A stretch of 64,000 nt of DNA from Clostridia bacterium. Its GTDB lineage: Bacteria > Bacillota > Clostridia > TANB77 > CAG-508. The stretch lies in assembly GCA_017626365.1 (NCBI GenBank), contig JAGAIV010000001.1:31429-95428 (forward strand). The letters are read 5' to 3'. The notes beneath the pieces are model-generated. The model ran no database searches. It worked only from the letters and a program-made list of their open reading frames with translations, and was not told where the DNA came from. Below, piece after piece: positions 39,439-47,965 of the stretch (the first letter of the stretch is position 1; every line of letters begins with the position of its first letter). Position numbers and translations under genes: made by a program.

Positions 39439-41046
39439 ATGAAAGATAACTTTTTAAAAAATAGCTTATATATATTATCTATTTTGATATTTACATTATA
39501 TATTTTATATAGAATATTTTTTACTCTTACCTTTAAATTGGGTATTGTATGTTTCATCTTTTCATTATTACTTCTAACCATCGAAGTTTGGGATTATTTT
39601 GATTGTACAATCTTCTTTTTAAACATATTAATCCCAAGGAAAAAAAAATATGTAAAACCTTCTATTGATAAAAATTCATTTCCTAATGTTGATATTTTTA
39701 TTGCTACTTACAACGAAAGTGAAGATATTTTATCAAATACAATTACTAAATGTTTAAATTTAAATTATCCTAATAACAATTTAATTCATATATATGTTTG
39801 TGATGACGGAAATAGAGATAATATTAAGCATTTAACACAAAAATTAAATGTGAATTACATTTCTAGAACATCTAGAAAAGATTTTAAAGCTGGAAATTAT
39901 AATAATGCTTTATCAAAAACCTCTTCTCCTTATATTGTTACCTTAGATGCTGATATGGCTCCAGAACCTAACTTTTTATTAGAAGTAATCCCTTACTTCT
40001 TTTTAAATAAAAATATTGGTTTTGTGCAACTACCTCAAAGTTTTACTAATCCAGACATATTCCAACATAGGTTTAATTTAGGAGATTCTATTCCTTTTGA
40101 GCAAGACTATTTTTACAATTTTATCAATCTAAAGAAAAATACTTTTAATAGTTCTATATATTGTGGTACTAATGCTGTTTTATCTAGAGAGGCTCTTTAT
40201 AAATCTAATAACTTTGCTACAAATAGTATAACAGAAGATATTGCTACTGGATTAAATATGGAAATTCAAGGTTATACTGGTATTGCTCTAGATAAAACTT
40301 TAGTATATGGTAAAACAGTTCTTGATTATGATAGTTTTATAAAGCAACGTACACGTTGGGCTAGAGGTTCAATTCAAATTTTAAAAAGTACTAATATTTT
40401 ATTTAATAAAATTTTATCAATTAGACAAAAATTTGATTATTTATCTTGTATATCATATTGGTTCTTTGGAATTAAAAAAATAATATATTTAATAGCTCCT
40501 TTACTATTTTGTGTATTCAACATAATTACACTTGATTGTAATTGGTATATATTCTTTACATTATGGCTATTAAGTTGTCTTCTAAGAAAGTATGTAGTTG
40601 ATATTTCTTCAACACATTCTCACTCTTCTACATGGAATAAAATTCATGAAATAATATTATTCCCTATTTTAGCAAAAGAAGTCATTTTTGAATTATTCGG
40701 ATTTAACAATGTAGGTTTTGAAGTTTCTTCCAAAAATGAAAATTTAAAGAATTCTATTTCTAGTAATACTTCAAAAGTTTTCTTCACTCATTTATTCTTT
40801 TTGCTATTAAACACCATAGGTCTTTCAACTTGTATATTTAAGTTTATTTTATTTGATTTTAATATTGCTTTTATATTTTCAATGTTCTTTATATTATCAA
40901 ATATTTTCTATTTACTAATAGCTATAGTATTTGATATTAGTAACAGAAATGATGTTACTAATAATTTTATTCCTAATAAAGTTAGTAAATATTCTATAAA
41001 ATCAATATTTAATATTTTTACAAATGTTTTATGGAGGGAAAAATGA
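39439..41046 (+). CDS. Processive GT2 beta-glycan synthase, cellulose synthase (BcsA)-like, no PilZ domain
   Basis: Motifs in order: VDIFIATYNES, VCDDG, KAGNYNNAL, TLDADM, VQLPQSF, CGTNAVLSREAL, TEDIATG, QRTRWARG (QxxRW). TM helices lie on both sides. The C-terminus is hydrophobic with no RxxxR/DxSxxG PilZ signature. Confidence 0.85.
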   Translation: MKDNFLKNSLYILSILIFTLYILYRIFFTLTFKLGIVCFIFSLLLLTIEVWDYFDCTIFFLNILIPRKKKYVKPSIDKNSFPNVDIFIATYNESEDILSNTITKCLNLNYPNNNLIHIYVCDDGNRDNIKHLTQKLNVNYISRTSRKDFKAGNYNNALSKTSSPYIVTLDADMAPEPNFLLEVIPYFFLNKNIGFVQLPQSFTNPDIFQHRFNLGDSIPFEQDYFYNFINLKKNTFNSSIYCGTNAVLSREALYKSNNFATNSITEDIATGLNMEIQGYTGIALDKTLVYGKTVLDYDSFIKQRTRWARGSIQILKSTNILFNKILSIRQKFDYLSCISYWFFGIKKIIYLIAPLLFCVFNIITLDCNWYIFFTLWLLSCLLRKYVVDISSTHSHSSTWNKIHEIILFPILAKEVIFELFGFNNVGFEVSSKNENLKNSISSNTSKVFFTHLFFLLLNTIGLSTCIFKFILFDFNIAFIFSMFFILSNIFYLLIAIVFDISNRNDVTNNFIPNKVSKYSIKSIFNIFTNVLWREK

Positions 41047-42062
41047 AAATTAGAAAAACTTTTATATTAATAATTTTATTAACTCTTTTGGTATTTTTAA
41101 GTAGTTTTCTTATCAACATATGTATATACGAAAATTCCAAAAATCCTTTTCCATCTTTTAATGGTCAGTTACATGTAAAGGGTTCCAAAATTTACAATCA
41201 ATATAATAAAATTTTCCAATTACAAGGTTTAAGTAGTCATGGCTTACAATGGTATAGTAATATTATTAATTATGATAATTTAAAATATCTACGTGATAAT
41301 TGGGGAATTAATGTTTTTAGATTAGCTCTATACACCGAAGAAAACGGATATATTTCTAACCCTTCTTTAAAAGATAAATTATTAGAATTATCAAATATAA
41401 TTATAGACTTAGACATGTATGTAATTATAGATTGGCATATTTTATCTGATGGAGATCCTATGACTCACATAGATAAAGCAAAAGACTTTTTTAATGAAAT
41501 TTCTTCTAAATATAGTGATTGTCCTAATATAATTTACGAAATATGTAATGAACCAAATAATGTGACTTGGGAAAATTCTATAAAACCTTATGCAAATGAA
41601 ATTATTCCTATTATACGCAAAAACAGTCCTAACTCATTAATTATTGTTGGTACTCCTAATTGGTCAACAGATATAGATAAAATTATAGATTCTCCATTAG
41701 ACTATGAAAATATTTTATATGCCTTTCACTTTTATGCTGGAACGCATAAAACTGCTGCTAGAAATAAACTTCAAGATGCATTAGATGCAAATTTACCTGT
41801 TATTGTTTCTGAATGGGGTACTACAAATTTAACAGGTGATAATGAAGTTTCCTTAGATTCTTCTACTGAATGGTTAAATTTTCTTAATCAAAATGATATA
41901 AGTTGGATAAATTGGTCATTTTCAAATAAAGATGAAGATTCTGCTATTTTAAATCCCGTTGATATAAAGTCTCCTTCAGAAATAGATTCTAATTTAACAG
42001 CTTCAGGAAAATTCGTAAAAGAACATATTTCTCTTAAAGCTAAATATAAAAAAACAAAATAA
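41043..42062 (+). CDS. Secreted or anchored GH5 endoglucanase (cellulase)
   Basis: N-terminal TM or signal sequence, IYEICNEPN (acid/base Glu) and VSEWG (nucleophile Glu). The start overlaps the GT2 stop (ATGA). Confidence 0.85.
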   Translation: MKIRKTFILIILLTLLVFLSSFLINICIYENSKNPFPSFNGQLHVKGSKIYNQYNKIFQLQGLSSHGLQWYSNIINYDNLKYLRDNWGINVFRLALYTEENGYISNPSLKDKLLELSNIIIDLDMYVIIDWHILSDGDPMTHIDKAKDFFNEISSKYSDCPNIIYEICNEPNNVTWENSIKPYANEIIPIIRKNSPNSLIIVGTPNWSTDIDKIIDSPLDYENILYAFHFYAGTHKTAARNKLQDALDANLPVIVSEWGTTNLTGDNEVSLDSSTEWLNFLNQNDISWINWSFSNKDEDSAILNPVDIKSPSEIDSNLTASGKFVKEHISLKAKYKKTK

Positions 42063-42143
42063 ATTCCGCATTTACTATTAAACAGATTTTTATTGATAAC
42101 TGGAATAAGTTTCCCATAAGGGACTAAAAAAAGTCCCATAGAA

Positions 42144-42174
42144 AAATGAGTGAAGAAATTTCACTCATTTTTTG
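42144..42174 (+). terminator. Terminator after the GT2-GH5 operon
   Basis: AATGAGTGA-agaaat-TCACTCATT followed by TTTTTG. Confidence 0.75.
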
Positions 42175-42249
42175 TATAATAAGAAAGTCATATTTTTTCT
42201 CTTTTCGCATAACCTTTAGTAACATTTCTATATTGAAAAGAGGGATTTT

Positions 42250-42786
42250 ATGTTTGTTTGTAATTTGAAATTAGATCATAAATTAATCTTTAAAATTGTG
42301 TTTATTCTCTTGTTTATTGTTGTACTTGTTCTTGCTGGATTTAGTTTTTATAAGGTATTTTATACTCAACGTGTAAACGATTCGATTCCCGTTCCCGATG
42401 TTTCTAATATTACTGCTAACAATTATACAAATGTGTTGAAATCAGTTCACGATAACTTAAATGAGCATATTGGTCAAAAGATTCATTTTGTTGGGTATGT
42501 ATACAGAGTATATGATTTTAGCCAAACTCAATTTGTGTTAGCAAGAAATATGGTAGTTAGTTCCGATAATCAAACTTTAGTAGTAGGATTTCTATGCAAT
42601 TATAAAAATGCTTCTCAATTTTCAGATGGAACTTGGGTAGAAATTACAGGAGAAATTACAAAAGGAGATTATCATGGCGATATTCCAGTCATTGAAATTA
42701 AAGAAATAAAGTCTTGTGATAAACCGCAAGATGAGTATGTATATCCACCAGATGATATGTACATTCCAACAAGTGCATTATTTTAA
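42250..42786 (+). CDS. Membrane-anchored protein, possibly DUF1980/TIGR03943-like
   Basis: N-terminal TM helix. The segment GQKIHFVGYVYRV...FVLARNMVV...GTWVEITGEI resembles the C-terminal domain of that family but lacks the usual Cys pair. Confidence 0.3.
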   Translation: MFVCNLKLDHKLIFKIVFILLFIVVLVLAGFSFYKVFYTQRVNDSIPVPDVSNITANNYTNVLKSVHDNLNEHIGQKIHFVGYVYRVYDFSQTQFVLARNMVVSSDNQTLVVGFLCNYKNASQFSDGTWVEITGEITKGDYHGDIPVIEIKEIKSCDKPQDEYVYPPDDMYIPTSALF

Positions 42787-42936
42787 TTTTAAGAGGACGA
42801 TTTCTGTATCGTTCTCTTATCTTTTATTGAATTTACTATTTTTTTATAAATTTCCTTTTCTTTTTTTGTATTTTATGGTAGAATGTGTGTCAGAAAACAA
42901 AAGATTATGTTTTATTATCGTTTTTGGAGGGATAAT

Positions 42937-43188
42937 ATGGAATTTAAAAAATGTGAACGTTGTGGATGTTTTTATTTATCAGAAACTGCAGTATGTGAAA
43001 ATTGTATGCCAAAAGATAATTTTGAATTATCAAAATTAAGAAACTATTTTGATAATGAAAATTATTCCAATACTATTGACCATATTGCTGTAGACACTGG
43101 TATTTCTGTTAAAAATTTAAATCGCTATTTAGAAAATGAAGAATTTTCAAAAATATATAATAAGCTAAATATTAGTAATAATTTATAA
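42937..43188 (+). CDS. Small zinc-ribbon protein (YvyF/TIGR03826-like)
   Basis: MEFKKCERCGCFYLSETAVCENCMPKD, followed by a helix-turn-helix-like IAVDTGISVKNLNRYL. RBS GGAGG lies 6 nt before the ATG. Confidence 0.4.
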   Translation: MEFKKCERCGCFYLSETAVCENCMPKDNFELSKLRNYFDNENYSNTIDHIAVDTGISVKNLNRYLENEEFSKIYNKLNISNNL

Positions 43189-43247
43189 GATATGTTTGGG
43201 ACAGATTTCATATCTGTTCTTTTTAATTACAAGGAAGGAATGAGATT

Positions 43248-44471
43248 ATGTTAGAATCAAAATCAATTTACGATGTTTTAAAAGAAAGAGATTTAATCAA
43301 ACAAATTACATTTGAAGATGAATTTAAAAAATTAGCCGAAGAAGAAAAATTTTCTGTATATTTAGGAATTGACCCTACTGCTGATAGTATTCATATTGGT
43401 CATTTTATTCCCCTTATGATGATGTCATATTTTCAAAAATGTGGCCATCGCCCTATTATTTTGATTGGTGGTGGAACTGCATTTATTGGTGACCCAAGTG
43501 GAAAAACCGATATGAGAAAAATGCTTACTAAAGAAGAAATTTCAAAAAATGTTGATAATATTATCAAACAAGTAAGCAAATTTGTTTCTTTTGAAGGAGA
43601 AAATGCTGCTATTATTATGAATAATGGTGATTGGATTTTAGATTTAAACTATATGGAATTTATTCGTACCTATGGTATTTATTTTAATGTTAACCGTATG
43701 CTTGATGCAGAATGTTTTAAACAACGTATGGAAAAAGGTCTTACCTTTTTCGAATTAAACTACATGTTAATGCAAAGTTATGATTTCTTACATTTGTTTG
43801 AAGAAAAAGGATGCAAAGTTGAAATTGGTGGAGATGATCAATGGTCCAACATGCTTGCAGGTGTTGATTTAATTCGTAAAATTCATCAGAATGGAAGCTT
43901 TTGTGTTACTTGCCCACTTTTATTAAATGCAGAAGGTAAAAAAATGGGAAAAACCGTTAGTGGTGCTTTATGGTTAGATGCTTCTAAAACTTCTCCATAT
44001 GAATTTTATCAATACTGGAGAAATATTGGAGATAGCGAAGTTTATGATGTATTAAGAATGCTTACCTATTTACCAATGGAAGAAGTAAAAAGACTTGCTT
44101 CTTTACCTGGTGAACAAATTAATGAAGCCAAAAAAGTCGCTGCTTTTGAAATTACAAAATTAATTCATGGTGAGGAAGAAGCTCTAAAAGCCCAAGAAGC
44201 TTCAAAAGCATTATTTGAAGGAACCGGTTCTTTGGAAAATATGCCTACTGTAAAAGTAGATAGTACAAATATTTCAGTTGTAGATGCTATTATTTTAACA
44301 GGTATTGCTCCATCAAAAGGTCAAGCAAGAACTTTAATTTCTCAAGGTGGTATTAGTTTAAATGATATAAAAATAGAAGATACAACTTATATGTTGTCTG
44401 ATGACGATTTTAAAGAAGGTTATGCTATTTTGAAAAAAGGAAAAAAGGTATTTTATAAATTAGAGAAATAA
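43248..44471 (+). CDS. tyrS: Tyrosine--tRNA ligase
   Basis: 407 aa with HIGH (SIHIGH), KMGKT, and a C-terminal S4-like domain. Confidence 0.96.
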   Translation: MLESKSIYDVLKERDLIKQITFEDEFKKLAEEEKFSVYLGIDPTADSIHIGHFIPLMMMSYFQKCGHRPIILIGGGTAFIGDPSGKTDMRKMLTKEEISKNVDNIIKQVSKFVSFEGENAAIIMNNGDWILDLNYMEFIRTYGIYFNVNRMLDAECFKQRMEKGLTFFELNYMLMQSYDFLHLFEEKGCKVEIGGDDQWSNMLAGVDLIRKIHQNGSFCVTCPLLLNAEGKKMGKTVSGALWLDASKTSPYEFYQYWRNIGDSEVYDVLRMLTYLPMEEVKRLASLPGEQINEAKKVAAFEITKLIHGEEEALKAQEASKALFEGTGSLENMPTVKVDSTNISVVDAIILTGIAPSKGQARTLISQGGISLNDIKIEDTTYMLSDDDFKEGYAILKKGKKVFYKLEK

Positions 44472-44478
44472 AAATTTA

Positions 44479-44515
44479 TAAAGCCAATTGATTCTAAAAC
44501 AAATCAGTTGGCTTT
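44479..44515. terminator. Bidirectional terminator between tyrS and the LysM gene
   Basis: AAAGCCAATTGATT-ctaaaac-AAATCAGTTGGCTTT. Confidence 0.7.
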
Positions 44516-44526
44516 ATGTTTATAAC

Positions 44527-45072
44527 CTATTTTACCCTAATTATGTCTTCCGCATAAATTAAATTCGGATCTTTTATCTTAGGGTTAAGAAACTGGAGAT
44601 TTTCAATGTCAGTGTAAAAGTATTTAGATATTTCACAAAGACAGTCTCCTACTCCTACAATGTAGTATACATCTGTTAGCACATGCCAGTCTATTTCAGG
44701 CAATTCTACATATGCATACCGAGCAAATGACTCTTCCGGATTTTTATAATCCGGATTTACTGACAGAAGATAGTCCTCTGTGATTTCCAAACGGTTTGCA
44801 ATCGACTCAATCGTTTCGTCCTCTTTTGTGACAATATAATAAGCTGTCACAACTTCTCTAGGATTACTCCCAACCATTTTTCCGTTTTTATACGTATAAT
44901 CCATTAAATCCGTATGAACTATCTGTATAAGCACATCGTTGTTTTGCTGTTCCTCCTGTTCAGCCAGTTCAACATCCGCCGGAGTTACTGTTGCCTCTAC
45001 CCGCATTGGATTCAAAGTAGCACATGTTGCTACTATCCCCACTGTCATTACCATTGCTACTAACTTTTTCAT
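44527..45072 (-). CDS. Secreted protein with two LysM-like domains
   Basis: Signal peptide MKKLVAMVMTVGIVATCATL. Two Y(Y)IV..GD/E..(S)IA...-type LysM segments. GC content is noticeably higher than that of neighbouring genes. Confidence 0.6.
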   Translation of the reverse strand: MKKLVAMVMTVGIVATCATLNPMRVEATVTPADVELAEQEEQQNNDVLIQIVHTDLMDYTYKNGKMVGSNPREVVTAYYIVTKEDETIESIANRLEITEDYLLSVNPDYKNPEESFARYAYVELPEIDWHVLTDVYYIVGVGDCLCEISKYFYTDIENLQFLNPKIKDPNLIYAEDIIRVK

Positions 45073-45194
45073 ATTTTTTTCTCCTTTAGGTTATTTTTTT
45101 ATTGGTTTTTCGTAATTGCAAAATCACACAATTACTTTATGCCCAATATTACATATCATTATAGCACATTTGTGTTAATAATTCAATTGTTAGG

Positions 45195-46091
45195 TTATTC
45201 ACTAAAATCAAAATCCGGCACATATTCTTCCTCATGTTCTCCTAACTCTTGCATATATCCATTTTCCAAATCCAAAGAATACAAATATTCTTCTACTTGT
45301 TTGTATTCTTTTTTCGTCAACTTTCTATTAATCAGCTCATCTTCTTTTGCTTTATAAGTTGGAAAATATTGTGCCATTACACTTATATAAGTATCTTTCG
45401 GCATATTTTCTTTTACCCATTTTAAAATATGCTTTGTATTTAAAATATGATTTGGTAGCACCAAGTGACGAATAATCACACCTTTTTTAATAATCCCTTC
45501 TTCATTAAAAACTGGACATCCTACTTGGTCATACATTTCTTTTATTGCCTCTGTCGCTATTTCAAAATAGTTATCTACCCCAGAATATTTTTTAGCTAAC
45601 TCATTACTATAATACTTTAGATCTGGTAAATAAACATCAACATATCCCTTTAATAATTGTATTGTTTCTGTGTTTTCATATCCATTTGTATTATATATAA
45701 CAGGAATTGTTAGCCCATTTTTCTTTGCTATATCCAATGCTCCTATAATTTGATACACATATGACGTTGGTGTCACCAAATTAATATTATTTGCTCCTTT
45801 TTCTTGTTGTTTTAGAAAAATCTCTGCTAAGTGCTCGATTGTAATTTCTTTTCCTTTTTGAAGTTGACTAATCTCATAATTTTGGCAATATTTACATTTT
45901 AAATTACAATTCGTAAAAAATACCGTACCAGAGCCATTTTTTCCACTAATACACGGTTCCTCATAATAATGTAATGATGCAAGAGCAATACGCAATTTAT
46001 CATCACAGCCACATCTTCCTTTTTTACCTTCTAATCGATTAACTCCACATTTAAATGGACACAACCTACATTCTTTCAAATTTTCTATCAT
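45195..46091 (-). CDS. Radical SAM protein (PflX-type, pyruvate formate-lyase activase-like)
   Basis: CNLKCKYCQNYEIS (CxxxCxxC) plus an N-terminal Cys cluster CRLCPFKCGV. 298 aa. Confidence 0.75.
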   Translation of the reverse strand: MIENLKECRLCPFKCGVNRLEGKKGRCGCDDKLRIALASLHYYEEPCISGKNGSGTVFFTNCNLKCKYCQNYEISQLQKGKEITIEHLAEIFLKQQEKGANNINLVTPTSYVYQIIGALDIAKKNGLTIPVIYNTNGYENTETIQLLKGYVDVYLPDLKYYSNELAKKYSGVDNYFEIATEAIKEMYDQVGCPVFNEEGIIKKGVIIRHLVLPNHILNTKHILKWVKENMPKDTYISVMAQYFPTYKAKEDELINRKLTKKEYKQVEEYLYSLDLENGYMQELGEHEEEYVPDFDFSE

Positions 46092-46166
46092 AATTTTTCC
46101 CTCTAATTTTTATTACTTATATTATACCATAAAACTTAAAATAAGATTAAAAAATAGGAACTATTT

Positions 46167-46466
46167 CTAGTCCCTATTTTCCTCGGCCTTAAAAATATAA
46201 ATCCGATATTTCTTTACCGCAATCACAAATTCAGATTTCCGGTTTGCTCCAATCAAACTCAAAATATTATTAGGCAGACAAATTCTATTTTTGTTATCAA
46301 TATTTCTAACGCAAATACAAAATTCTTCTTCGCATTTTTCTATATGATTCAAATAGATTTTCTTTTCTGCCTCATCCCAAAATATTCCCACAGTCCCAGA
46401 AATTTTGAGTAAATCTGTTAGCTCTTTTGGAATTAGTAACCGGTTCTGACTTCCTATTTTTGCCAT
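46167..46466 (-). CDS. Tandem AbrB/SpoVT-like (MraZ-like) small DNA-binding protein
   Basis: Two swapped-hairpin-like half motifs: NRLLIPKELTDLL and NRICLPNNILSLI. Confidence 0.4.
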   Translation of the reverse strand: MAKIGSQNRLLIPKELTDLLKISGTVGIFWDEAEKKIYLNHIEKCEEEFCICVRNIDNKNRICLPNNILSLIGANRKSEFVIAVKKYRIYIFKAEENRD

Positions 46467-46506
46467 TTATTTATCTCCTTTATTGGTTTTATGTAAATAT
46501 TATATA

Positions 46507-46770
46507 CTATTTTTCTTCTTTTTGCAAACTTTTATTTAAATCATTTCTAATAATTCCTACAACACTAGAACCTAAGATAATAAATTCTGTAATCATTCCT
46601 GTATATGCCCCTACAATTAAATCATAAATAATCCACATAACACAAATAGCTGCTTCTCCCACTCTCATCCATTTTGGATTCTCTTGCCAAGAAACAATTG
46701 TCCATATTACTACTGCTACAATTGGTATAATGCTCACTATACTTTCGTAAGTAAAAATTCCAGCTATCAT
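46507..46770 (-). CDS. Small membrane protein, YgjV-like; probable N-terminal frameshift
   Basis: The frame stays open upstream to 46830 without a start codon. A well-placed RBS (AAGAGG) and an ATG at 46826 are out of frame by one base across the T4/A4 run at 46819..46822. Confidence 0.45.
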   Translation of the reverse strand: MIAGIFTYESIVSIIPIVAVVIWTIVSWQENPKWMRVGEAAICVMWIIYDLIVGAYTGMITEFIILGSSVVGIIRNDLNKSLQKEEK

Positions 46771-46914
46771 TATTCCAACAATAACTGGAACTAAAATATA
46801 TTTTGCATAAATTTCTAATTTTCCATACTTCTACCTCTTATTATATTTTATGAATTTGATTGGAAATTATACGAAGAAAGCAAGGTGAATTTCACCTTAC
46901 TTTCCTTTTTACAA

Positions 46915-47304
46915 TTATTCTTCGAAACAATTAACTGGTGCCTTTTTTTCTTCTCTTATAAGCATTATATCAAATACAATAAACCCTATAAATGAGACAC
47001 CAAACACTACAGTTACTATAATTTTATAACTATCCATTAAAGTACCAAATAAACTTAAAATAAATGTTATTATTGTTGTCGTCATACAGATTCCTGTTGC
47101 TGCTGTTATAAGCCATGATCTCATATTTTTCTTATGAATCATTTCTTCAATTGCTGTTGTAGTAAGAACTATTCCGGCGAAATATGCTAAAGAAAAATAA
47201 ATTATTCCTCCTGTAGGATAATCTATTATATCCCTTATAGCTATCTGAATAGCAACTACAATAATTGCACTAATTATTAAGCACCAAATTTTGCTCCGTC
47301 TCAT
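46915..47304 (-). CDS. Hypothetical 4-TM membrane protein (129 aa)
   Basis: Hydrophobic ORF followed by a palindromic hairpin AAGGTGAATTTCACCTT. Confidence 0.5.
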   Translation of the reverse strand: MRRSKIWCLIISAIIVVAIQIAIRDIIDYPTGGIIYFSLAYFAGIVLTTTAIEEMIHKKNMRSWLITAATGICMTTTIITFILSLFGTLMDSYKIIVTVVFGVSFIGFIVFDIMLIREEKKAPVNCFEE

Positions 47305-47419
47305 ATTGTACCTCTCTTTCTACCTAAAAATTATTTTATTGGTTTCTCTATAAAAATGCTTTCTATCATTTTTATATGTGAATCATACCACATTTCTATA
47401 TAATTTTCAATATATTCTC

Positions 47420-47800
47420 TTATTTCACTCTATATATTTCATACTTATCGCATAAGTTTAACGTGGTTCTATTACTTATTACTTCTTTTGGTATTAAATA
47501 CATATCAATGTTATCTGTAACTATAAATAGATAATCGATATCAGTATCTACTAACGTTTTATATGTTGTCCCTTTTGTACCTCCGCAACTTTTTAATGCA
47601 ACTTGATAATTTCCATATTTTGTTTTACAACTTGTTGCTTTTACTTGTACTCCATAATAATGATTTTCTTTTTCAATTACTAAATCATAATCTTGTGTAT
47701 CATTCAATGGAATAGATACTACATACCCATTTGTACTAAAATATGCAATTGCAATTCCTAATGCGGAATTTCCTTTTTCTTTATTGGTAATAAAATTCAT
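47420..47800 (-). CDS. PD-(D/E)XK endonuclease of the group I intron-associated type (PDDEXK_5-like)
   Basis: 126 aa. KGNSALGIAIAYFSTNGYVVSIPLNDTQDYDLVIEKENHYYGVQVKAT carries the D...(D/E)xK core (DYDLVIE...VQVK). The rest, ...DIDYLFIV..DMYLIP, is family-like. Confidence 0.7.
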   Translation of the reverse strand: MNFITNKEKGNSALGIAIAYFSTNGYVVSIPLNDTQDYDLVIEKENHYYGVQVKATSCKTKYGNYQVALKSCGGTKGTTYKTLVDTDIDYLFIVTDNIDMYLIPKEVISNRTTLNLCDKYEIYRVK

Positions 47801-47850
47801 AGATAAAAAACTCCTTAGAATAAAAATAGGTTATTGAAATAAGTGCAAAA

Positions 47851-47942
47851 TGAAAAGTGAATAGTGAAAAGTACAAACTTGCCTATTAGATTTTTACTTG
47901 GACTAAGCTACATACTCTTAACTATTCACTTTTCATCATTCA
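47851..47942. repeat. Inverted TGAAAAG/TGAATAG heptamer arrays
   Basis: Plus strand 47851..47871 reads TGAAAAG TGAATAG TGAAAAG. Plus strand 47915..47942 reads CTCTTAA CTATTCA CTTTTCA TCATTCA. There is a 14-nt perfect inverted repeat (47851..47864 with 47922..47935). A GCGACT-gcta-AGTCGC hairpin follows at 47944..47959, then the tRNA-Tyr 3' end. Confidence 0.8.
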
Positions 47943-47965
47943 ACGCGACTGCTAAGTCGCACTTA

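Noticed and set aside
43189-43247. T-box leaders upstream of tyrS and cysS
   Set aside because: The intergenic spaces are about 60 and about 100 nt, and they lack the GGUGGUACCG T-box sequence. Only valS has one.
45195-46466. Radical SAM plus AbrB-like pair as a RiPP or toxin-antitoxin-type system
   Set aside because: The radical SAM protein looks like the widespread PflX housekeeping-type activase. No precursor peptide, SPASM domain or partner enzyme is evident. The two genes have separate intergenic spacing, and I cannot support a functional link from sequence alone.
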